DNA from: Candidatus Sumerlaeia bacterium | Lineage (GTDB): Bacteria > Sumerlaeota > Sumerlaeia > SLMS01 | Reading direction: 5' to 3' | Assembly (NCBI GenBank): GCA_038208905.1 | Contig: JBBQYG010000073.1 | Coordinates: 1 to 17,936, forward strand | Length of the DNA stretch: 17,936 nucleotides | Part shown: piece after piece, positions 5,992 to 14,095 of the stretch | Position numbering within the stretch: position 1 is the stretch's first letter | Layout: the number at the start of each line of letters is the position of its first letter | Notes under the pieces: generated by a model | The model's input: only the letters and a program-made list of their open reading frames with translations | Database searches by the model: none | What the model was told of the DNA's origin: nothing | Translations under genes and position numbers: made by a program

Positions 5992-7571
5992 TGGCGCGGG
6001 CGGCGCTTCGCGGCGAATACACCGCGGTGGCCGCGATACTGCTGCTCGCCACGCTGCTCCGCCTTCCGTGGCTCTCCCATCTACCCGAGGGCCTTTTCCG
6101 CGACGAGTTGGAGAAAGGCTACACGGCGCTCGAGCTCCTCAAGACGGCACGCCATGGCGTGCTGGCGGCCGATGGCATTGCGGTTTCGCGACCCATGCCT
6201 CTGTTCATCGAAGTCTATCAGGGGCATGATCGGACGTCGGCGATCTACCAGTACATGACAATCCCTTTCGTTGGATTGCTGGGTTTGAGCGCTTGGAGCA
6301 CGCGAATTGTGGCGGCGCTGGCCGGCATCGCGGCGGTGATCGCGACTTGGACGTTGGGGAGGACCCTCGGCGGGCGGGTGGTTGGCCTCTTGGCGGCGGG
6401 CGTTCTGGCGACAAGCCCCGCCGCAGTGATCTTCTCCCGATGGGCCCAGCAGGGGATCTTGGTGCTGCCGCTGGTCTTGCTGGGATTCTGGTTGCTGGAG
6501 CGGGCGACTTCGGAGGAGCGGCGCGACACTCGAAACTCACGAGCAATTGCGGTGGCTGGGGCCATCGCGCTAGGACTGGCGGCCTATGCCTATGACCCCG
6601 CACGGCTGGTTGTCCCAGCGATGGTGGCCGTCTGGTTGGCGACGCGAACGAGGGCAACGGTGTGGGGGAATCGCCGCGCGCTCCTTCCCGCCGCCGTCGT
6701 CTTCGCAGCCATCGCCGGAGGACTGCTGGCCTATACACTGGGAGCAGGCTCATCAAGACTGGGAAGGGTTTCGGTCTTTTCTGGCGGAATCACGGCGGGG
6801 TTGGGCGTCGCGACGGGTAACTACTTCGCCCACTTGAGTCCGCTGTTTCTCTTCGTGTTCGGGGACGACAACGCGCGCCATGGCCTGCCTGGATGCGGAG
6901 TTCTCGGGCCTGCGTGTTCCCTTCTGGTGGGCCTGGGACTTATCCGCATTCTCTTTGACTTCGTCGGAAGGAAATCGCGGGAAGCGCGGACAGGTCTCCT
7001 GCTTCTGGGTTGGTTCCTTGTGGCTCCGCTAGCCGCCGCCCTTACCCGGGACGGCATCCCCCATGCGCTGCGCGCCAACATGCTGATCGCAACGGGAGCC
7101 CTGCTGGCGGGGTGGGGTGCCGCGTGGGCATTCGAATGGGGGGCGAACAGGGGAAGGCAAGTTGCCGCGGTCGCAGCGCTTTCCGCGGTCCTCGCCGTGG
7201 ATGCGGGCTGGGCCATCGGTGGCTTATCGCGGCTGGGAAGGGTCTCCCCTGCCGCCTGGGAACGCGGAGTCCAGTCGGCGCTGTCGACGGGCCTGAGGAG
7301 TTCGGGGCAAGTTTATCTCTCCGCGGAAGTCCCATATGCCAGCTATGCGGCTCTTTTTGCGGAGGCCACTGAGCCCAGCCGGTATCACGAACTCGGGATG
7401 AAAGCATTGAGAACATTGATCGTCCCGCCCGGCGCGCCGGCGCCCACCGCCCCGGGCGATAGCTTGGTGGCGCCGCCACGGCCGGGGCTCCCCCTCGACT
7501 ACTACAACGAGTATGTCCTCTTGTACGAGGGTAGTGGCCGGATTGTGCGCCCTTCCGAACTCCCTCGTTAG
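5991..7571 (+). CDS. Polytopic membrane glycosyltransferase, GT-C fold (ArnT/PMT_2-like)
   Basis: TM1 is followed by an acidic loop (PEGLFRDELEKGY). Further motifs: GLSAWSTRIVAALAG, LLAAGVLATSP..VIFSR, ALGLAAYAYDPAR, GIPHALR. It has roughly 11-13 hydrophobic segments and a soluble C-terminal domain. Confidence 0.85.
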   Translation: MARAALRGEYTAVAAILLLATLLRLPWLSHLPEGLFRDELEKGYTALELLKTARHGVLAADGIAVSRPMPLFIEVYQGHDRTSAIYQYMTIPFVGLLGLSAWSTRIVAALAGIAAVIATWTLGRTLGGRVVGLLAAGVLATSPAAVIFSRWAQQGILVLPLVLLGFWLLERATSEERRDTRNSRAIAVAGAIALGLAAYAYDPARLVVPAMVAVWLATRTRATVWGNRRALLPAAVVFAAIAGGLLAYTLGAGSSRLGRVSVFSGGITAGLGVATGNYFAHLSPLFLFVFGDDNARHGLPGCGVLGPACSLLVGLGLIRILFDFVGRKSREARTGLLLLGWFLVAPLAAALTRDGIPHALRANMLIATGALLAGWGAAWAFEWGANRGRQVAAVAALSAVLAVDAGWAIGGLSRLGRVSPAAWERGVQSALSTGLRSSGQVYLSAEVPYASYAALFAEATEPSRYHELGMKALRTLIVPPGAPAPTAPGDSLVAPPRPGLPLDYYNEYVLLYEGSGRIVRPSELPR

Positions 7572-7744
7572 GTGGGCCTCTTTGGAGTTGCCTGTCAGAG
7601 AGGGTTCCCTGAAACTTTCCACGTGATTCCAAACCGAGACAGGCTGCGGAGTTTGACCCTCAACCAACCAGTTCGAGCGGCGATGCCCATTGGCCGCCCT
7701 GTTTGCCCCTTGATCGGTTGCGATCGGAAGGGTGGGGGCGCCGC

Positions 7745-9574
7745 GTGCCAGTAACCCTCCACACCATCGCCATTGCCGCGACCCAGTCGCCCTTCGTGCT
7801 CGTCGTGGACCAGCGCGTGATTGTTGGCCTGATGGTCGTGCTGGCTCTTCTGGGTTCCCTGCTCCTCGTTCGGCTGGCAAGCCGTCGGCGCCATCAGCCC
7901 GCAGCCGCCTATCGGCCCGAATTTATTGGTACCCAAGACGACCGGGACCCGCCCGAGCAATCGCCCCGGCGCAACGGCGCCGCCCAGGCACAGCCCGCGA
8001 CAGCCTCCACAATGGCGGGGAGGAATCGGTGGAGCGCCACCGATGCCTCGGGTTCCGCAGACGTGGAGGACATGGGGCTGGACGAGACACCGCGAATCCG
8101 GTCCTTCCCAACCGCAGAGGAGATAGCCAGGACAGAAACGACCGACCCCGCCAAGGCGGCGCTTCAGTGGGAACGGATCGCATTTTGGATCGAGGCAACC
8201 CGCGCTCACACCGCTGCTGGGAATCTGGATCGAGCCACCAAGATCATGGTGGCGCTTGAGCAAGGCGAGCAGGCGGTCCCCCTCCTACGCGACGCGCTGG
8301 CAGCCTCGCCGAGCGACGAGCGTATCCGGCTCCGGCTCATCGAAACCCTACTGGATCTCTCCCGCGAGCGCGAAGCACTCGACCTGCTCGATGGAATCGC
8401 CACGGGCGGACTCAAGCCACCTCCTTCGGCGCATTTCCTTGAAAGCATCGGCCGCAGCCTTGAGGCCCTCCACATGGGGGAGGAGGCCGAGAACTGGTAT
8501 CGCATTGCGCTGGGCCGCGACGACAAGCTGTCGGAGGCCCAGCAGCGACTGCTCCTGCTTAAGCAGATGCGCCGCCTGAATCAGAACGGCCAGCTGGAAT
8601 CCGACGGTGCCCGCGACCTGCTGAACCGTTTGGCGTTCGAAAGTTCCATCGCGGCCTTCGAGGCGAAACGCGCCGAGAAGTCCTCGGGGGCCCATGCCAC
8701 GCTGACGGGCCACGAGATTATCGTCGGTCATTTGGCGATGGGCTTTCAGAAGCCGGAGCCCGCGCACTCGGTGCGCTCGATCTACTCCCTCTCGCGGCGA
8801 TTCCGGCTCGAAAGCCTCATGTCGGAAACCATCAGGAGCGCTACGTTCAAGGCGAGCGACCGGCTGCTGGACTTCACCGTGGCCCTCAAGCTGTATCGCT
8901 TCGCCGACGACTTCGATGGGATGGACACGCTGCGCGAGCGACTCAACGCGGTCGCCCACCTGAATCACCCGAACCTTGGCAAGCTGACCTTCGTCGACCG
9001 CGAGGGCCCCATCGTCCGCGTGGCAACGGAATACCTACCCGGTGGAAACCTGCGGGACTTCTTTCAGAAGCTCGGCGGCGTTGGCCTGCCGCTGATAATC
9101 CGCATGGCGATGCACATCGCGTCGGCGCTGCATTCTGCCCACCTGCGCGGCGTGCCCCACGGCGACGTTCGCCCAGAGAACATGCTGATCGGCCCGGACC
9201 AGCGCATCAAGCTGGTGGATTTCGTGCTGAGCCCCTTGCCGGTCCGCGTGCCGCCTCCGCAGAATGATAGTGCGGATTCCGAAGAGTCCACCGGGAGCTT
9301 TCGCTTCGCCAACTTGGCGCTGCCAACGGAGGGCACTGATAGCGACATCCTCCAGTTTGCCGACATTCTGGAGTTCATGCTCCAGCACTGCCGCCGGACG
9401 GCGGAGCCCGCGGCAGCGTCGGGCATGCAGGACACCACCAACGACATGAAGGAACTGATCCTGCGGATTCGCGGGGGCTCGTTCACGTCGATCCTTCGCC
9501 TTTGGCAGGTACTTCACGAGATTTTCGAGCGGACGCTTCCCTCGGGGAGCACTCCCGAGAATCTCAAACACTAG
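7745..9574 (+). CDS. Membrane-anchored protein with TPR-like repeats and a degenerate Hanks-type Ser/Thr kinase domain
   Basis: N-terminal TM (VIVGLMVVLALLGSLLLV) is followed by RRR. TPR-like helices include EQAVPLLRDALAASPSD and EEAENWYRIALGRD. Kinase motifs are VALK, LNHPNL, TEYLPGGNL, HGDVRPENML and IKLVDF. Start is uncertain (GTG 7745 or TTG 7703). Confidence 0.85.
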   Translation: MPVTLHTIAIAATQSPFVLVVDQRVIVGLMVVLALLGSLLLVRLASRRRHQPAAAYRPEFIGTQDDRDPPEQSPRRNGAAQAQPATASTMAGRNRWSATDASGSADVEDMGLDETPRIRSFPTAEEIARTETTDPAKAALQWERIAFWIEATRAHTAAGNLDRATKIMVALEQGEQAVPLLRDALAASPSDERIRLRLIETLLDLSREREALDLLDGIATGGLKPPPSAHFLESIGRSLEALHMGEEAENWYRIALGRDDKLSEAQQRLLLLKQMRRLNQNGQLESDGARDLLNRLAFESSIAAFEAKRAEKSSGAHATLTGHEIIVGHLAMGFQKPEPAHSVRSIYSLSRRFRLESLMSETIRSATFKASDRLLDFTVALKLYRFADDFDGMDTLRERLNAVAHLNHPNLGKLTFVDREGPIVRVATEYLPGGNLRDFFQKLGGVGLPLIIRMAMHIASALHSAHLRGVPHGDVRPENMLIGPDQRIKLVDFVLSPLPVRVPPPQNDSADSEESTGSFRFANLALPTEGTDSDILQFADILEFMLQHCRRTAEPAAASGMQDTTNDMKELILRIRGGSFTSILRLWQVLHEIFERTLPSGSTPENLKH

Positions 9575-9596
9575 CAGCAAAGGGAGGCACTTATCG

Positions 9597-10280
9597 ATGT
9601 TCGCCGGATTCGAAAAGGGGGAACGCTGGCTGGTGCTCGGGCTCTTGGGAGCTATCCTAGCCGGCGCGCTCGTAGGATCTCGGACACCCGATGCGGCTCT
9701 GCCGATTCCACCTTCGGCAGACCAGTCCACAACCCATCATGCGACCGGCGTGCTGTCGCCGCAAACGGCGGCACCAACTCCCGCTCCCACGCCGCGACCG
9801 CGGGCGACCCCCACGGCGGCCATCGCGCCCGGCGGGCGCATTGATCTGAACCGGGCAACAGCGGAGGAACTGCAACTGCTCCCCGGCGTTGGGCCTGCGA
9901 AATCGGAGGCAATCCTAGCCGACCGAGACGCGAATGGCCCGTTTCGCACGGTGGACGACTTGGACCGAGTTGCGGGTTTCGGCGCAAAGACCATCGCTCG
10001 ACTGCGTCCGTACCTCGCGGCGTCGGTGGTGGATTTGCCCGCGGTGGCCCGTGACGTAGCGCCGGTTCCTACGACTCCCGCTCCCTTGCCGATTCGAATC
10101 AACCACGTGGGGGTGGAGGAACTGGATACCCTCCCGGGCGTAGGGCCCGCCATCGCGCGGCGTATCGTGGAGTACAGGGCAATCAACGGCCCCTTTCGCA
10201 CGGCGTCTGACCTGGCGAGGGTGAAGGGCATCGGACCCTCCTTCATCGAGAAGAATCGCGGAAGGCTCGTCTTCGATTGA
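9597..10280 (+). CDS. comEA: ComEA-like DNA-binding protein with two HhH modules
   Basis: An RBS (AAGGGAGG) lies upstream. An N-terminal TM and Pro/Thr linker precede IDLNRATAEELQLLPGVGPAKSEAI...GPFRTVDDLDRVAGFG and IRINHVGVEELDTLPGVGPAIARRI...GPFRTASDLARVKGIG. Confidence 0.92.
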   Translation: MFAGFEKGERWLVLGLLGAILAGALVGSRTPDAALPIPPSADQSTTHHATGVLSPQTAAPTPAPTPRPRATPTAAIAPGGRIDLNRATAEELQLLPGVGPAKSEAILADRDANGPFRTVDDLDRVAGFGAKTIARLRPYLAASVVDLPAVARDVAPVPTTPAPLPIRINHVGVEELDTLPGVGPAIARRIVEYRAINGPFRTASDLARVKGIGPSFIEKNRGRLVFD

Positions 10281-10362
10281 GCAGCGCGGAGATTGGTCTC
10301 GACGACCAACGCGATCCCCCGAAGTGTTCGCAGGGAAAAGACATGGGGGAGAGCGACGATAA

Positions 10363-12843
10363 ATGATGCACCAGATTGGAACCGCCAGAGCCTGCCTCTG
10401 CGCCGTGCTCTATGTCCTGCTGGCGTCGGCGGGGTTCCCCCAGGCGGAGAACCTGAAGGTGGAGGCCACCGCCGGCTTCGACGGTTACTACCGGCCCGGC
10501 CAGTGGGTGCCCGTGTTCGTCAGCGTCACCAATCAGGCATCCTCCGGCGGGAACACGTCGGACGATTTTCGCGGGCAGCTGATGGTTGTGTCCCAGCCCG
10601 ACGAAAGTTCCGCGCCGCCCCTTCGCTACCTGCGCGAGATCGATGTCCCGGCGTCCTCCAGCAAGCGCTATGTCGTGTTTGCGAAGTTCCGCAGCGACCT
10701 GGCGACGCCGCCCGAATTGCTGCTGAACCTGGAGAACGGGAAGACCGTGGGGCGATATCCCCTCAACGTGCAAAGCATTCCTCCCGAAGGCGTGCTGATG
10801 GTGAACGTGAGCGATTCATTTGCCGCGCCGGGATTTCCCCGCGTGAGGAACCAGATCGATCCCACGCTTTCCGCCAAGCTTCCACCCGCGCTCCTCTCCG
10901 ATCATTGGGCGTGTTACGATTCCGCGGACATCGTCGTGTTCCCGGGATGGCCCGCGCGCGGCATCAGGCCGGAGCAGATACAGGCCCTGACCGAATGGGC
11001 TTCGATGGGCGGAACACTGATCTTCCTGGGCGGGCAGGACACGGCGACCTATGTCGAGGATGCGGCGAAGGAGCTTCTGCCGGTAGTGCTGTCGGGCACT
11101 GGTCGGCTCGTGGAGGGCGAGGGCGGGGCGATCTCCGTTACACGGGAAGTCGCGAAGCCCGGCGATTCCGCGCGATCGTTTGTGGTTTCGCTGGCGGCCC
11201 CCAAGGCAGACGCTGAAGTGCTCCTGCAGGTCGACAACAATCCTCTGGTCGTCACCCGCAACATCGGCAACGGGCGTGCGATCTTCTTTGCCAACGATTT
11301 TCAGGGAGGATCGACTGGGATGGAAGCCTTGATCGGCCCGCCATGGTGGTCGATCCAGCCGCTGCCTAATATCGCCGACGCGCACTACGAATTCCCGGAG
11401 GCGTTGACTTCGCTGAAGACGTTGACGGGGCGCGCGGCGCGACCACCGAATCAGTTCGTGATCATCCTGATCTGCGTTCTCTACACGCTGGTCGTTGGGC
11501 CGATCAACTTCGCGATCCTCGGCAAGAAGAAGAAGCTCGAGTTGGCATGGTTCACCGTGCCCGTCATCGTGATGGTATTCTTCTTCCTGATGTACGGCAT
11601 GGGACGACTGATGAAGGGCGGCGATAACATCGTCAGGGAGATCGAGCTGCGCGAGTTCCGCGGGGGCGATCCCCTCGGCAGGACGCTGGCGATCACGGGG
11701 ACGTTCTCTTCCGACGAGGGGCGCTACAGCCTTCGCCCAAGCACCAATCACCAGACGATCGGCGACTCCTATCGCTGGGCCGCGCTGGACGAGTTCCGCA
11801 CGGGCGCGGAGTTCTCCGCGGGGAATCCCTTCGGTCAGGTCACCAAGCTGCCCACCGCCAGCTCGCCGGTCTTCGCCTTCGACGCGCGTACTTCCAACAT
11901 CTACATTCAATCGTGGACGATGGGTACCTACGATGCGAACACGTTCCTTTCCCGCGGGCCCGCGAAGATGGAGGGAACCATCGACGCCGACCTTGTATGG
12001 TCCGGGCTATCCGTCCGGGGAAAGATCGTCAACAACTCCGGGGTGGATTACCAGAAGGCGTGGCTCTTGGTGGGCGATGACCTGTATGCGCTGAACGCGC
12101 TGGCGAAAGGCGAAACGAGAGAGATCGGCGGCGGGGCGATTAGGGCACAGGAAGCGCGGCTGATCTTCAACTCGCAGGTGGTCAGCTCGCCGGCCAACGA
12201 CTCCGAATTGAACATGAACAACTTCGGCGTGGTGATGGAGGCGCTCCAGCGGCCTCGCCGCAGCGGCAGCTTCCTCCCACCGCGCTCGGGCGAGATCGTC
12301 CTGCTGGCGCTCAACGAGGAGCCGCTCCCCAAGGCGGTGTCGCAATCGCTCGAGATGAGCGTGGGAAGCCGCCTCTCGCTTACCATGGTGCGGTTCGACG
12401 CTCCCCCGCCGTCGGACACCGCCTTCGAGGTGACGAATCGCCACATGGTCAAGCGGCTGCATAACTTCGACATTCCCGCGGGCGGCACGTTTGCGGTCGA
12501 TAGCGACGGCAGGCTGCAGATGATGAACTCCGCGGGCATCTTCTCGATGGAGCTTCCCTTCCACGATCCCGACGTGACGATCACCTCGGTGGCGATTTTT
12601 CCCAATGTTCCCAAGGTACTACCCAATCAGGACATGGCATTGCAAATCTACCAGTTTGGCGGCGGATGGGTTGACGTAAAGCCGAACACGGAAATGCGCA
12701 ACGACAGCCTCGCCCTCCCGATGTCGGGCCGCATCTACCTGCGCATGATTTCCCAGGACAACAAGAAGCCCGCGCAGATCGGCTGGAACGAGAAGTGTCT
12801 CGTCAGCGACCTAGGCGTGGTGATGAAGGGCGTCAGGCGCTAG
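10363..12843 (+). CDS. Large membrane protein: signal peptide, beta-rich domain, non-catalytic class-I GATase-like domain, two TMs, C-terminal domain
   Basis: Signal-like N-terminus, then GFDGYYRPGQWVPVFVSVTN. The GATase-like pattern is YDSADIVVF...QIQALTEWASMGGTLIFLGG...PLVVTRNIGNGRAIFF. The TM hairpin is FVIILICVLYTLVVGPINFAIL-GKKKK-LAWFTVPVIVMVFFFLMYG. Confidence 0.8.
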   Translation: MMHQIGTARACLCAVLYVLLASAGFPQAENLKVEATAGFDGYYRPGQWVPVFVSVTNQASSGGNTSDDFRGQLMVVSQPDESSAPPLRYLREIDVPASSSKRYVVFAKFRSDLATPPELLLNLENGKTVGRYPLNVQSIPPEGVLMVNVSDSFAAPGFPRVRNQIDPTLSAKLPPALLSDHWACYDSADIVVFPGWPARGIRPEQIQALTEWASMGGTLIFLGGQDTATYVEDAAKELLPVVLSGTGRLVEGEGGAISVTREVAKPGDSARSFVVSLAAPKADAEVLLQVDNNPLVVTRNIGNGRAIFFANDFQGGSTGMEALIGPPWWSIQPLPNIADAHYEFPEALTSLKTLTGRAARPPNQFVIILICVLYTLVVGPINFAILGKKKKLELAWFTVPVIVMVFFFLMYGMGRLMKGGDNIVREIELREFRGGDPLGRTLAITGTFSSDEGRYSLRPSTNHQTIGDSYRWAALDEFRTGAEFSAGNPFGQVTKLPTASSPVFAFDARTSNIYIQSWTMGTYDANTFLSRGPAKMEGTIDADLVWSGLSVRGKIVNNSGVDYQKAWLLVGDDLYALNALAKGETREIGGGAIRAQEARLIFNSQVVSSPANDSELNMNNFGVVMEALQRPRRSGSFLPPRSGEIVLLALNEEPLPKAVSQSLEMSVGSRLSLTMVRFDAPPPSDTAFEVTNRHMVKRLHNFDIPAGGTFAVDSDGRLQMMNSAGIFSMELPFHDPDVTITSVAIFPNVPKVLPNQDMALQIYQFGGGWVDVKPNTEMRNDSLALPMSGRIYLRMISQDNKKPAQIGWNEKCLVSDLGVVMKGVRR

Positions 12844-13778
12844 GCGGCGGACGAAGGCTTTCCAAACACGACGCGGTTGCGACCGCCCTGCTTGGCGTCG
12901 TATAGACACTTGTCGGCGCGCTGGAACAGCGTGTCGTCGGTATCGGCCTGCTCGAGCCGCGAGCCCCCGAGGCTGATGGTGAACTTGATGGTGTGCGTTT
13001 CCGTGATCAGCGGGGAGGACTCCACCCCGATGCGGATGCGCTCCGCCAGAAGGACGGCCCCCTCGGCATCGGTGTTGGGAAGCGCGATGGCGAATTCCTC
13101 TCCGCCCCACCGCGAGACGAAGTCGCAATCGCGGCTCTCGTTCTGGAGTATCTTGGAAATGTGGCGCAGCGCCAGATCGCCCACCGCATGGCCGTAGGTG
13201 TCGTTGATCTTCTTGAAATGGTCGATGTCGAGGATCAGCAGGGAGAATGGCGCCTGGCTGCGACGCGCCTCCGCGATCTCTCGCTCGAGGTGGTCGTTGA
13301 GCTGGTGGCGGTTGTAGAGCCCCGTCAGTGGATCGCGCGTGGCGCGGCGATAGAGGCTCTGGTGCTGGCGCAGCTCCATCTCGTCGCGCAGGAAGAAGCC
13401 GATCACCGTCTGCCCGATCGTGATGCGGTCGGCATCGGACAGTCGCACCTGCGTCGTCAGCGGCTTGCCGTTGAACTCCGTGCCGTTCATGCTCTGCATG
13501 TCTTCCGCAAAGCAGATCGGCGGCTGATCGGGATGCTGGACGTTCTTGTAGCTGACCTTCACGTGGCGGCGGGACGCCTGCATGTCGTCCACCTTCACAT
13601 CCACATCGCGGCTACGCCCAAGGATCGTCTCCTCGCGGTCGAGCTGGAAACGCATCCCCCGCTGACTTCCCGCCAGGAAGATCAGGATGGGGCGATAGTT
13701 CTTCTCGAGCAGCCCCTTCTGATCGTCAGCATGGGGTCCATCGAGGAGAAAGGCCTCTGTCCGTTCGGGGTCTTCCAT
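12840..13778 (-). CDS. Diguanylate cyclase with N-terminal FHA domain
   Basis: FHA motifs: ILGR, ASRRH, DMQSMNGT, DRITIGQT. GGDEF-domain motifs: RDPLTGLYNR, DIDHFKKINDTYGHAVGD, RDCD (I-site), RWGGEEF, RADKCLYDAKQGGRNR. Confidence 0.96.
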   Translation of the reverse strand: MEDPERTEAFLLDGPHADDQKGLLEKNYRPILIFLAGSQRGMRFQLDREETILGRSRDVDVKVDDMQASRRHVKVSYKNVQHPDQPPICFAEDMQSMNGTEFNGKPLTTQVRLSDADRITIGQTVIGFFLRDEMELRQHQSLYRRATRDPLTGLYNRHQLNDHLEREIAEARRSQAPFSLLILDIDHFKKINDTYGHAVGDLALRHISKILQNESRDCDFVSRWGGEEFAIALPNTDAEGAVLLAERIRIGVESSPLITETHTIKFTISLGGSRLEQADTDDTLFQRADKCLYDAKQGGRNRVVFGKPSSAA

Positions 13779-14095
13779 CGGTGGCCTCGGCCTCGGCTCC
13801 TGTTTCGGATGCCTCCAACCGCTCGCTTTGCGCCGGTCGGTGGGGAGGCTTCATCTTTTTCAGGAGGGGGCGACGTGCAAGCCCAAACTGAGGGCTTCGG
13901 GCCAAGCCCGCGAATGGTCAGCGATCCCACTGATTTCGAATGGCGATAGGGCCACCCCGGGGAAAGTCGCTTTACTCCAAGCCGCGAATGGGAATCCCCC
14001 TTTGAAGATTCCCGGCAGCATTCCCCCTGGCTTCGCTCAAGTGGCGATAATTCGGACTCTGGCAGTGGTATGGTCCAATCTCTTGAACCACCCCC

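Noticed and set aside
5991..7744. Apparently more relaxed codon usage in the GT-C gene and following spacer as a sign of horizontal transfer
   Set aside because: This is an impression only and was not computed. The gene is translationally coupled to its neighbour, and there are no mobility genes or flanking repeats.
13820..13840. GGCGCAAAGC upstream of the cyclase as part of a c-di-GMP-I riboswitch
   Set aside because: The required upstream GGCAAAC and GNRA-capped P2 stem and the P3 receptor are absent.
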